In this document: one piece after another, positions 13,155 to 26,261 of the stretch | How positions within the stretch are numbered: the stretch's first letter is position 1 | Layout of the letters: the number at the start of each line of letters is the position of its first letter | Source of the DNA: Neocallimastix sp. 'constans' | Taxonomy: Eukaryota | DNA length: 64,000 nucleotides | Assembly: GCA_050613775.1 (NCBI GenBank) | Contig: JBODTK010000014.1 | Coordinates: forward strand, 372,001-436,000 | Direction of reading: 5' to 3' | Made by a program: the position numbers and the translations under genes | The notes under the pieces: generated by a model | The model's input: only the letters and a program-made list of their open reading frames with translations | Databases searched by the model: none | What the model was told of the DNA's origin: nothing

Positions 13155-13370
13155 TAATTCTATTTATTCAATTCTATTGAATTTATTCTCTATTTCAAGT
13201 TTTTATTATATTTAATTCTATTTATTCAATTCTATTGAATTTATTCTCTATTTCAAGTTTTTATTATATTTAATTCTATTTATTCAATTCTATTGAATTT
13301 ATTTTCTATTTTAAGTTTTTATTATATTTAATTCTAGTTATTCAATTCTATTGAATTTATTCTTTATAAA
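13155..13370. repeat. 58-bp tandem repeat (~3.7 copies) downstream of the phosphatase gene
   Basis: Unit TAATTCTATTTATTCAATTCTATTGAATTTATTCTCTATTTCAAGTTTTTATTATATT starts at 13155, 13213, 13271 and 13329. Confidence 0.85.
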
Positions 13371-13537
13371 GTTTTTATTTTTTTTTTCTTATTTATTAAT
13401 TGTTTTATTATTTTTCTATTTAATTTATTTCTCTATATTTTTTTTCTATTTTTTTATTTTTTATATTTGTATATATATATTATTGACTTAATTTTTTTTT
13501 TTTTTGTTTTTTATTAAAAATATATTCAAAGACCTTT

Positions 13538-13588
<51 letters not shown>

Positions 13589-13678
13589 TTTGAAAAAGAA
13601 AAAGGTAAAAGGTAAAAAAAAAAAAAAAAAAAAAAAAAAAGATAAAATAATAATTTTTTTTAATTCAATAGTACGAAA

Positions 13679-15325
13679 TTATTCCTGTTTATTTTGATTT
13701 AACCTTTGTCTTTGTTGTTGTTGTCGCTGCTGTTGCTGTTGTTGCTTTTCAGCTTTCACTAATTTCTGAAAATCTTTATATAATAAATTATTTTTGGTTG
13801 TTGGAATGGTGGTAGCGGTGGTAGAATTGAAAGAATTATTGGTATTTTGGAAAAGAATTTTTTCAAATTCAGTTAATTGATTCATTAAATTAAGATTTGG
13901 AGAGATATGAGGATTACGTAATTTTACGAAGGCATAGGCTTGAGCGACATTAAGATGAAGAGTTTTCATAATATAAGCAATAATTAAACTAGCAGAACGA
14001 GAAACACCTTGTTGACAAGAGACAAGAACAGCTCTTTTCTTATTTCTAGATTCATTAATATAATCGAAAGCTTTATCAAAATATTTACTTAAATGATCTT
14101 GATTATGCTGCCAATAAAATTTTTTATAACGAATATTATGTTTAAGTGAAGCCGATAAATCTCTTATTGCTTCCACTGTACTCATTTCTGTCTTACTAAT
14201 GAATAGACTTTTTTCAGCTTCCTTATCAAATTCATCATCTACTTCACTACTAAATTTATGATCAATTTCAATGACTGCATTGTCATCATAAATCATTTCA
14301 ATATCAATTTCATCATCGGTAATTTTAGAATTTTTAATGAGAGATTGAGAATCCTTTTGAAGGAAGGATTGAATGAAAGGATTATTGACTTCATAGGCTA
14401 CATTAAGTAAGGCACCAATATTTAAATCATGCAAAATATTTTTATCGGCTGCATTTTCTTCACAACCTAAATAGAGATAAGGAAGAATACAAATCGGACC
14501 ATATTTATAAGGTTCAGAAGCTGTTAAAACACTTTCTGAATCTTTTGTTTGTCTTTGTTGTTGCATAAATTCATCAGCAAGTGAAATACCATAGTAATCA
14601 TCATCGATACTAGATTTTATTTGATCATAATTATTACTATTATTATCATTATCATTAATATTATTATTATTATTATTATTATTATCAATGATAAGCGATG
14701 GTTTATTTTGATTATTCATTAATTTTTTATCTCTTGGTAAAGGATATTCTTTATTTAATGGTGAATTATTTGGAGAGAGAACAGAATCATCGATATCTAA
14801 TGTGGTAGCACGATATTCAAAGAAATGTCTCTTTGGTGGAATTGTAGCCGAAGTACATGAAGGTTGTAAAGTTTGTCTTGCTCTTTTAATAGATAAAGGA
14901 AGTAAGACCTTATTAGCTTCCTTCATTTTTTTGGAATATTTTTTAGAAGGAACGTAACCGTTATCAATTTCAAGTTTTTTCAAATTATTTGTTACTAATA
15001 TAGAATTGACGGTAGAATCAATAGTATTTACACCAGAGTTATTGACATTATTGGAAGTAGGAGTGCTGGCATTAACGAAAGTATTATTTGTTGGAGTAGA
15101 ATTAATAGATATGGAAGTAGAAGTAGTGTTATTCATTGTAGCAGTAAGTTCACTTAAATCATTATTACCACTTTTTACAGGAGAAGGTTCGTTTGATTTA
15201 CGTAAAATGGTAATATTTAATTTTGGCTTAACCTTTGTTTTGGTCTTTGGTTTTGAAATTTCAGTATTATCATTATTGAAGTTGGTATTAATACTTAATT
15301 TATCGGTCGCTATTGTTGTCGCCAT
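13679..15325 (-). CDS. Dual-specificity protein phosphatase (MAP kinase phosphatase, Pmp1/Msg5-like)
   Basis: Intronless 548-aa ORF with YKYGPICILPYLYLG, LLNVAYEV, WQHNQ, P-loop VLVSCQQGVSRSASLIIAYIM and AYAFVKLRNPHISPNLNLMNQLTEFE, after a low-complexity Asn/Ser/Thr N-terminus. Confidence 0.92.
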   Translation of the reverse strand: MATTIATDKLSINTNFNNDNTEISKPKTKTKVKPKLNITILRKSNEPSPVKSGNNDLSELTATMNNTTSTSISINSTPTNNTFVNASTPTSNNVNNSGVNTIDSTVNSILVTNNLKKLEIDNGYVPSKKYSKKMKEANKVLLPLSIKRARQTLQPSCTSATIPPKRHFFEYRATTLDIDDSVLSPNNSPLNKEYPLPRDKKLMNNQNKPSLIIDNNNNNNNNINDNDNNSNNYDQIKSSIDDDYYGISLADEFMQQQRQTKDSESVLTASEPYKYGPICILPYLYLGCEENAADKNILHDLNIGALLNVAYEVNNPFIQSFLQKDSQSLIKNSKITDDEIDIEMIYDDNAVIEIDHKFSSEVDDEFDKEAEKSLFISKTEMSTVEAIRDLSASLKHNIRYKKFYWQHNQDHLSKYFDKAFDYINESRNKKRAVLVSCQQGVSRSASLIIAYIMKTLHLNVAQAYAFVKLRNPHISPNLNLMNQLTEFEKILFQNTNNSFNSTTATTIPTTKNNLLYKDFQKLVKAEKQQQQQQRQQQQRQRLNQNKQE

Positions 15326-16504
15326 TTTATATGTATTTATTATATAAAATTAATTATTTTAAATTAAAATTATATTTAAATATTTTTATATAATAATGAA
15401 ATCAAAAAAAAAAAAAAAAAGTAATTAAAAATTAAAAAAAAAAAAAAGATAAAAAAAAAAGGTATGATAATAATTTAAATTTCAGAAATTTTAGAAAAAT
15501 AAATAAATAAAATAACTTTATTTTCTTTCTTTTTCTTTTTCTTTTTTTTTAAAAAAAAAAAAAAATTCTATTAATAATAATATTATTATTTTGAAATCCG
15601 TTAATTGATTGTAAATTTAATTTTTTTTTTATTATATTTATTCTTTTTTATTTTTTTTTTATTTTGTATTTTTTCTTTATATGCTTTCTCCTTTTTTGGA
15701 AATATAAAAAAAATATCTATATACTTTTAAAATATTATATATTTTTAATTATTAAATAATAATAATAATAAAAAAAAAAAAGTTAGTTCCACTTGTATAA
15801 TTTAATAATTAGAATTGTATTTTTTTTTTTTAAATAACAACACTTTTTATTATTATTAAATTTTATTTTTATTTTCAATAATAAAAAATATTATTATAAT
15901 ATAATTTTATATTCTATATAAATGATATCTTTAATAAAGAATATTTTATACAATTTAAGTAATTACTTTTTTCTTATTATTATTACAAAATATTGGAGAT
16001 GATGGTTTTATTTTATATTTTAATTTTTTTTTTTTTTTTAGTTATAAAATTTATATTTTATATATTAATACATTAAATTTTATTTTTTTTTTATTATTTA
16101 TATATTTAGTTTGTTTTTTGTTTATATTATTATTTTTATTATTTTTTTTTCTTTTTTTGTATTTTTTAAATTAAGCTTTCAATTTTTAATCTTTTTAATT
16201 TTTAATCTTTTTTTTATTTTTATTTTTTTTTTAAATTAAAAAAAAAAAAAAAAAAGAATGTTTAATTATAAAATAAAAATTAAAAAAAAAAAAAAAAAAG
16301 ATTTTTTTGTCATATATTTTAAATTAAAATAAAATAAATAAAATATTAAAAAATAATAATAAAAAAATATGGAATATGTTACTAAATATTAATAATTAAA
16401 GTTTTCTATCATAAATTTACTATATAAATATAAAAAAAAAGAAAAAGTTAAAATTATTGAATTTATTAATAATAAAAAATAAATTATTAATATTCTTTCA
16501 TATC

Positions 16505-16865
16505 TATTTATTATTAATAATTATATATTATTTATTATTTATTATTTATTATTTATTATTTATTATTTATTATTTATTATTTATTATTTATTATTCAATT
16601 ATTTATTATTTATTATTTATTATTTATTATTTATTATTTATTATTTATTACTTATTATTTAATTATTCAATTATTTAATTATTCAATTATTCAATTATTT
16701 ATTATTTATTATTTATTATTCCATTATTTATTATTTATTATTTATTATTCCATTATTTATTATTTATTATTTATTATTTATTATTTATTATTTTATTATT
16801 TTATTATTTATTATTTTAGTATTTATTATTTATTGTTTATTGTTTATTGTTTATTATTTATTATT
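16505..16865. repeat. (TTATTAT)n degenerate heptamer repeat
   Basis: Repeated TTATTTA/TTATTAT units that generate the spurious IIYYLLF ORFs. Confidence 0.8.
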
Positions 16866-17450
16866 CCATGATTTATTATATTTATATTAAATAATAAATA
16901 TATTTTTTTATAAAAAAGAATATATGAATATATATGAATATTATATAAATTATATATGAAAATGTTATTTTATATTTTGTGTATGTATATAAAAATGTAT
17001 AATACGTATTCCTTTATATAATATAATATTATAGTAAATAAATGTTTTTTATTGGATAAGAATTGTACATGAATTCTTGATTTTAATTATTTTTTTTTAT
17101 TTTTCATATAACAAAAATTTATTATCTCTGTAATACTTTATTTTAATATATGGTTCAATTTATATGTTAGTAGAATCCTTAATTTATTTATTTATCTTTA
17201 TTATATTATTTATATTGAAAAAAGAAAATTTAATTTTATAAATATAAATCATATTTTAATTAAATGGATAGAAGTTTATAAACTTTATTTATTATAAAAA
17301 TAATAATAGAAAATGATTAATAAATAAATAAATAATAAATAAATGGATAAATAATAAGTAAATAAATAATTATTAAATAAATAAATAATAAATAAATGGA
17401 TAAATAATAAGTAAATAAATAATTATTAAATAAATAAATATATAAATAGT

Positions 17451-17656
17451 TATTAAATAAAATAAATATTATTTATTAATAATAAAAGTGTTATTAAATA
17501 AAATAAATATTATTTATTAATAATAAAAGTGTTATTAAATAAAATAAATATTATTTATTAATAATAAAAGTGTTATTAAATAAAATAAATATTATTTATT
17601 AATAATAAAAGTGTTATTAAATAAAATAAATATTATTTATTAATAATAAAAGTGTT
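17451..17656. repeat. 41-bp tandem repeat, ~5 copies
   Basis: AAAAGTGTTA recurs at 17484, 17525, 17566, 17607 and 17648. Confidence 0.9.
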
Positions 17657-20563
17657 AAGTATTACTAAATTATGAAATAAAAAAGTATTTAAAATTTAAA
17701 ATGACTATTATTAAGTAAAAGCAAAAACTTTTAATAAAAAAAAATATTAATATAATAGTTTTAATAGTAATTAAATCATTTGAAATGATATATTAAGCAA
17801 AAAGAAATGGTGCCAATTATTCTTCTATTCAACTATGACCTTAAATGATTTATATGATTCGTATAAAAAAAATATATATATATATGTGTGTGATAATGTT
17901 TTTTTTAAAGTTATCAATATATTATTTGATTTATCTTATTTTTGAGGTTAAAGTCAAAGTCAAACTATTACTACTTTTAATTTAATTATTTGTTCATTCA
18001 TTTCAAACTTAGTATAGGAAATAAATTACATTAAATAAATAAGAAATAAAAAAAAATTAAGAAATAAAAAAATAGTAAATAAAAAAAAAGAACAAAAGAG
18101 AAGAGAAAAGAAAAGAAGAGGAAAGAAAAGAAAAGAAGAGAAAAGAAAAGAAGAGAAAAGAAAAGAAAAGAAAAGAAAAGAAGAGAAATGAAGAGAAGAG
18201 AATAATTATATCATTAATTAATAAAAATATAAATAGCTAATATCTATAAGATGAACTTTGCTAGTGATGATCCTAAAATGTCATAAATTTTTAATTATAT
18301 CATTATATTTATTATTAATAGTTAATATAAAAAAAATAAAAATAATTAATATATAATATATATTTATACTAAAAATAATTATATTTCTATTTCTATCATC
18401 ATTTAAAAGCTTTATAAAGAAAATGAAAATCATCAACTGTAAAAATAAAAAATTAAAAAAAAATATAAAAAAAATATAAAAAAAAATATAAAAAAAAATA
18501 TAAAAAAATATAAAAATAATTAATTAATTAATTAATTAAAAATGTTTACTTTTCTTTTAATTTTACTATTAATTAAAGTTTATATTCATTTTATATCATA
18601 AACTTTAAGTATGGCAAAATAAATTAAAAAATATTTATTATTATATTAAAATTTTTTTAAATTATAGTACATTTTAAAATTAATTTATTACTGAATCATA
18701 TATTATTATATGCTTTATTATATATTATTACATATATAATATTTATATTAATATTTATATTTATATTTATGTTGATATTTATATATAATATTTATACATA
18801 TATATTTATATTTTTTTTTTAAAAAGAAGAAAATTTTTTTTTAATTATATATTAATTTTTATTTTATTTTTAAGATATGGCACATTCATATATTAGAGTA
18901 TAATACATTATATTATTATTTATGCATATAAACTTTAATTTGTTTGTTTTTAATATAAAAATTATTGTGTAACATCCTTATTATAATAACTTAATATAAA
19001 TTTAATTAAATATTAATTAAATGTCCAATTGGAGATATTAATAAAATTTTATTCTTTAAATTTTTTTTTAATTAAAAACTAATTAAAATAGAAATAAAAT
19101 AAAAAAAATAAGATAAAATAAATAAAAAAAAAAAAATAATTAATCATTATTTAAAAAAAAAAATAATTGAATCATTTATTTTTTAATTATTAAATAATAA
19201 TAAATAAAAATAATTATTAAAGAAAAAAAAAATAATAAAAAATAATAAAAATATATATTATATTAGATTAGATTATAATAGATTATAATAGATTATAATA
19301 AAGATAAAAGCTGTTAATTCTATCAATATAAATATATCTGAATCAAAATATAAATTTTAGATGAGAATTAAAATAGGAGACAAGTCAATAAAGATGAGTT
19401 AAATGATTTTCATTAATAATTATTTTATTAATAATAATTTTATAAAAGTCCCTTAAAATTATTATTATTATTAATAAAATAATTATTAACATAATTAATA
19501 AAATAATTATTAGTATTATTAATAAAATAATTAATAAAATAATTAATAAAATTAAATATTTATATTTATATTATATGGATTAAAAATTAAAGAATGATTT
19601 TTTCATTTTTATTATTATTTATATATAAATTATGATATTCATATTAATTTTTTTTTTTTTATATTTCTTACATTCAATCTTTTACCCTGTTTTTATTTAT
19701 TATTATTTTTTATTTTATTTTATATCTCTATCTATTTATTTAAATAAAAGAATAAAAATAAGGATTGAAAAATATATATATACTTTTTTTTTATTATATT
19801 TTTATTTTACAAATTTCAACCCTTCATAAATTTTATAAATGTATTCAATAAAATGAAATAAATTGAAATAAAATGAAAATTTTATTTCATAACAATCCAT
19901 GATTCATGTATTGATTGTATATTATGAGATTAGAATTAAATACATAATTTAGTAATAAAATTTAAAAGAGATTTAAATTAAATAACCTTTATTTTATTTT
20001 ATAATTAACATATTTATATATAATTTATTTTTTTAAATTAAGAAAAAAAAATCTTTAATTCTTAAAAATTAGAAATGTATAATATTAAAAATTCATTGTC
20101 AATTATGAAAAAAAAAAAAGGTTAATCGCAATTTTCTCATTAAATAATAAAGTTAAAAAAAAAAAAAAAAGCTTTTATCACATATAATTCATTTTTCTAT
20201 TTTTTTTTTTTTTTTTTTTTTCTTAGTCTCTGTTCATTTTTGTTTTATTTTATTTAAATTATATATATATATATATTTCTTTATATTTAATATTTTTATA
20301 TTCATATATTTTTTTAATATTTTTATATTTCTATATTTCTCTGTATTTTAGAAAGAAATGAAATGAAAATATTATTTCCTAAAAATTTAAATGAATTAAT
20401 TAAACTAAATTAAATTTATTATTATTATTATTGTTATTATTATTATTATTATTGATTATTATTAATTATTATTGATTATTATTATTATTATTATTATTAT
20501 TATTTATTATTATTATTATTATTATTAGTATATTTATTATTATTATTATTATTATTATTAGTA

Positions 20564-20639
<76 letters not shown>

Positions 20640-21317
20640 AAATAGTAGTAGTAGAAGTAAATGAAGTAGAAATAGTAGAAGAAGTTGTAGAAGTAGTATT
20701 ATACATCTATTATATATAACTTGTAAAAAAGTTTTTTAATTTTACAAATCTGTAGAAATAGTAAAAATAGAAAATAGGAGTAATTCTGTAGTTTAAAAAT
20801 AAAAATTTTCTTTTTAGGTTGATTTACACCTCATACATAACAAATTGACATTAAGAAAAAGTTTCATTTAACTCTATTTTTTTTAAAATAAAAAAAAAAA
20901 AAAATTAATAATATAAATAATAAATAAATGTTAACTAATATTTATTATTTAATATTAAGATATATAATAATAACAAAAGTAATAACAATAAAAAGATGAT
21001 ATATAATAAATAATTAATTTATTTTAGAAAATACAAAATATATATATATATATGTATATAAAATAAAAAAAAAAAAAGTATATGAGTAATTTAAAATAGA
21101 TTTAATTGTTAAATTTATTATTAATAAGAATTATTTATTTAAAAAAAAATGAGAATTTTATTATTTATTAACAATTGTACCTTTTTTTTTTAAAAAAAAA
21201 AAAAAAAATTATAATTTTATTTTATTTAATTAATATTGAAATTAAACTCATCCATCACAAAAAAAAAAAAAAAAAAGCATTTTTTACTGTGGTATATTCT
21301 TCTTCTATTTTTATTAC

Positions 21318-21497
<180 letters not shown>

Positions 21498-23024
21498 ATA
21501 TGTAATATATAACATATTGTAATATTCAAATTTCATTCATCCTCCATTCTAATATAGAAATGAATATCACAATACAATTCAATAATGTAATGTTTTTTAA
21601 ATTATACAAATTTTTATTCAATTTATTTTTTATTCAATTTATTTTTTATTCATTTAGTAATTATACTATAGATTGGTAAAAAATAAATTCGTTTTTTTCC
21701 TTTAAAACTTATCATTTTAATTAAAATAATATATTTTAGTAACAATTATATAATTGTTTTTAATTAAAAGCAAGAAGAAAAAATAATATTACATTATATT
21801 CCGAGTATATAGAATTAAAAATTGATTTTATTTTATTTTCTTTTTATCTTTGTAATTATTTATTCTTTGATTATCATTAAAAAATTTGATAAAATAAAAT
21901 AAAATAAACAGTAAAATTTGTATGATATTAAAATATAGATTGAATAAAATATTCTAAAATAAAATTAGTAGTATAATATTAAATAAAAAAAGAAAAAAAA
22001 AAGATCATATTGAATAAAATAGAGTAAATAGTAGAGTATTAAATATGAGAAAGTAAAAATTGAATAAAATAAAATAAATAATAAAATATAACTGAAATTA
22101 ATAATTTAATAATTGAACAAACTATAATAAAATAATAAAACATAAATGAAATTAACAATTGAAAAAAACAATATAAATATTTGAACATGAATGAAATTAA
22201 AATAAAGATTGAATAAAATATAATAAAATAAAATAAAAATTAGAATATGAATGAAATTAAATGACAGATTGAATAAAATAAGATATAATGTGAAATAAAA
22301 CAAATAGTAAAATATTAAAAAAAAAAAAGTTAAGATTAAATAAATTGAAATTGAAATTAAAAAAAAAAAAAAATAAAAAAAATAAAAGGATTGAATAAAG
22401 TATAATAAAACTGTGAATTATAATGAAATAAAATAGATTAGAAAATAAATTATTAAAAATAACATTTGTTTATGTTTAATATGTCATTTTTTTTCCAATT
22501 TGAAGTATATTCTTAATTCTATATATTTTTTATATAAAATTAGAGGTTTTTTTTTTTTTTTTTTTTTTTTATTTTTTTCACTGTTCTATTCTATATCAAT
22601 TAAAAAGTGTGACAGATGACAGAAAAAAAAAATTTTTAAAAAATTTTTTTTTTTTTTGAAAATAACTTTTTTTTAATTATATATAATTTCTGTATTTTTA
22701 CAAAATAGTAATGATGATAGATACTATAATAAAAATTTTATTTTATTTTATTTAGACCTATGAAGGTAATATAATAGAAACTTTTATTATTATTATTTTT
22801 ATTTGCCATTTCCTTTTTATTTAATGAATTCATTTAATAAAACAAAAAAAGTAATAAACTTTAAAACTCTATATAGAAATTTTTATTTAGATTAAATAAT
22901 ATATAAATATACTTTATTTTTATTTAAGGGAAATAAATGTTACTCTAATATAATGGAAAACATTTATTTCCCTTAAATAAAAATAAAGTTGAGGAATATA
23001 TATATTATAGTTTCTATATATAAA

Positions 23025-23450
23025 TAAATAATAAATAATAAATAATAAATAATAAATAATAAATAATAAATAATAAATAATAAATAATAAATAATAAATA
23101 ATAAATAATAAATAATACATAATAAATAATAAATAATAAATAATAAATAACAAATAAATAATAAATAATTGAATAATAAATAATAAATAATAAATAATAA
23201 ATAATAAATAATAAATAATAAATAATAAATAATAAATAATAAATAATAAATAATAAATAATAAATAATAAATAATAAATAATAAATAATAAATAATAAAT
23301 AATAAATAATAAATAATATATAATAAATAATAAATAATAAATAATAAATAATAAATAATAAATAATGAAATACTAAATAATAAATAATAAATAATAAATA
23401 ATAAATAATAAATAATAAATAATAAATAATAAATAATAAATAATAAATAA
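23025..23450. repeat. (AATAAAT)n heptamer repeat
   Basis: Long near-perfect AAATAAT array. Confidence 0.9.
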
Positions 23451-24291
23451 AAAATAAAAAATAAAAAATAAATAAATAATTATTAAATAATAAATAAATA
23501 ATTGAATAATAAATAATTAAATAAATAATAATTGAATATATGAATAATAGATAAATAAATAAATAAATAATAAATAAATAATAATTGAATATATGAATAA
23601 TAAATAAATAAATAAATAATAAATAATAAATAATTAAGTTTATAATATATAATTAAATTTATATTTTATTATATAATTGTTAATTGAATAAAAAAGTTTA
23701 ATAGCTGAATAATTTATAATAATAAATAAAGTTTTTTAAAAAACTTAAAAATTTAATTTATTCATTATATAATAGAAGTAATGAAATAGATTATAATATA
23801 TTATATTAATAGTATTTAATCTATATTCCAATAGAATTAATTTAACTCTCTTATTAAATTTAAAATAGAATAAAATGTAATATAATATAGATTAAAAAAA
23901 AAATTTTATTAACATATTAATAAATAAATTAAATATAACAAAATGTATTTGTATATATTATGAATGTTCCATAGAAGATATATCACAATACATTTAATTA
24001 TATGGTTTATTGTATATATATTTTTAATAAGCAAAGAAGTTTAAAAAAAAAAAAAAAAAATGATCATTTTTATTATTATATATTATTATTTTATTACTAT
24101 TATTATTATATATTACTATTATTATATATTATTATTTTATTTATTATTATTTATTATTATATATTATTTACTTATCTTATTATTAAATTTTATGATTATT
24201 ATTATTTATGATTTATTATTCAATAATTGTTATACAATTGTTATTTTTTTACTATTCTTTATTATTAATTATTTAATTAGTAATAATAATA

Positions 24292-24357
<66 letters not shown>

Positions 24358-24540
24358 TATTATTATTATTATTATTCATTATTATTACTATTATTATTAT
24401 TATTATTATTGTTTTTTCATTTATTTAATTTTTGCTATACAATAGTAGTATAAGTATTCTTTATTTATCTTCATTATTCAAATTATTATTATAATATTTA
24501 AATTATTATTTATTATTATTATTATTAATTACTATTATTA

Positions 24541-24576
<36 letters not shown>

Positions 24577-25166
24577 TATTATTTATTATTATTTATTATT
24601 TATTATAATTATTTATTATTATTGTATAATATAATATAAAATTTTGGATTATTTACTATTTTACTATTTAAGAATTTTAATATTAAGAAAAATAAAAAAT
24701 TTTTATTATTATTTTTATTTATTAAATTATTTGATTAAAAAGTGTTTCAGAATTAAATAATTAAAAAAGTCCCTTTTTAATAAAAAAAGAAAAAAAAAAT
24801 TTTTTTTGTATTTCTAAAAAAAACAAAACAAAAAAAAAAATAATAAAAAAGAAAAATTAAAATCTAAAAAAAAAAAAAAAAAAAAAAAAAATTAAGGAAA
24901 GAAAGATTGTATAATTTATATTCCTTTTTTTTTTTTAATTTTATTTTATATTTGTTTAATTATTGTTTTATAAAAAGAATAATTATTATAAAGGTATTAA
25001 ATTTATTGAATATTCTTTTTTTTTTTTTATTGATATGTAGTAAAATAAAATTGTATAGGTTTCATATTATTTTTAAAAATAATTAAACTATAGATTAACA
25101 CATAAATCTATATAATTTATAGTAATTATTGTAAGATTCTTTTTATAATTAGAAAAATTTAAATTC

Positions 25167-25208
<42 letters not shown>

Positions 25209-26261
25209 AATTATAATTTTTGGATATTTTATTAAAAACAAGATAAAAAAAAAACTATATATATATATATATAAAACTAACTATCTATATATATTTTTTT
25301 ATATTAAACAATTTTAAATGTTATAAATATTTTTATATCATTTAGTTTTCAAAAGTTTTTATATAAGAAGTATTTATCAATATAGTTATCCTTATTTTAT
25401 GAATAATTAAAGAAAAAATACTTAAATCCTAAAACAAAAAAACAAAAAAAGCAGAAAAAAAAAAAACAATATATATATATATCCAATAAATTCTAAGCAT
25501 AAAAAAAAAAAAATCGCCAATAACATAAAAAAATAAAACAGTAATAACAATAACAATAAAAACTTTTTAATAATTATTATATAAATATATATTATATAAA
25601 TTATTGATATTTGAATTCATTTTATATATATATATATGTATCGTTCTTCATTATTTATATTTATTATAATTTTTATCATTTAATTTACATAATTATTAAA
25701 AATAAAATGCTATTTTTTTCGTATTATTTATTAAGAAAAAATTAATTTTGTTTTAATTATCATAGAACTTTATTAATATCTATTATAAAAAAAAAAAAAT
25801 AGTTACTGTATTTATTTATATATAAAAAAAATTATTTAAAACTTTATATTATAGATAGAAAAGATAAGATACCATTATAAAGTGTTCAATATCATTTTTA
25901 TAGATAGAAAGAAAAATAAATATTATTTTTATTTATTTTTTAAAAATACAAAAAAGTTTTTAAGAAAAAAAAAACGTACTACTGTTTTAAATAAAAGAAA
26001 CAGATACTTAATAACATCAACATTTTAAAATATCAAATTATTAAAGAAATAAAAAAAAAAAAAAAAAGAAAGAAGGTAAATTGACTTATATAAAATAATT
26101 CATATTAGATATCAGTTTTAAAAATTCAAAAAAATAAAAAAAAAAGACAATTATTAAAGTTTAAAAAGTAATAATCTTTTATAAAAAAGGGCAAATTATT
26201 AAAAAAAAAAAAAAAAAAAAAAAGGAAAGGAAAGGAAAGGAAAAAGTAAAGAAAATAGAAA

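Noticed and set aside
15006..15347. 113-aa + strand ORF
   Set aside because: Antisense shadow of the phosphatase CDS.
17451..17656. Possible CRISPR-like array
   Set aside because: Contiguous identical 41-bp units with no unique spacers, in a eukaryotic context.
18250..18285. TGATGA C-box-like motif (possible snoRNA)
   Set aside because: No D box or terminal stem at a suitable distance.
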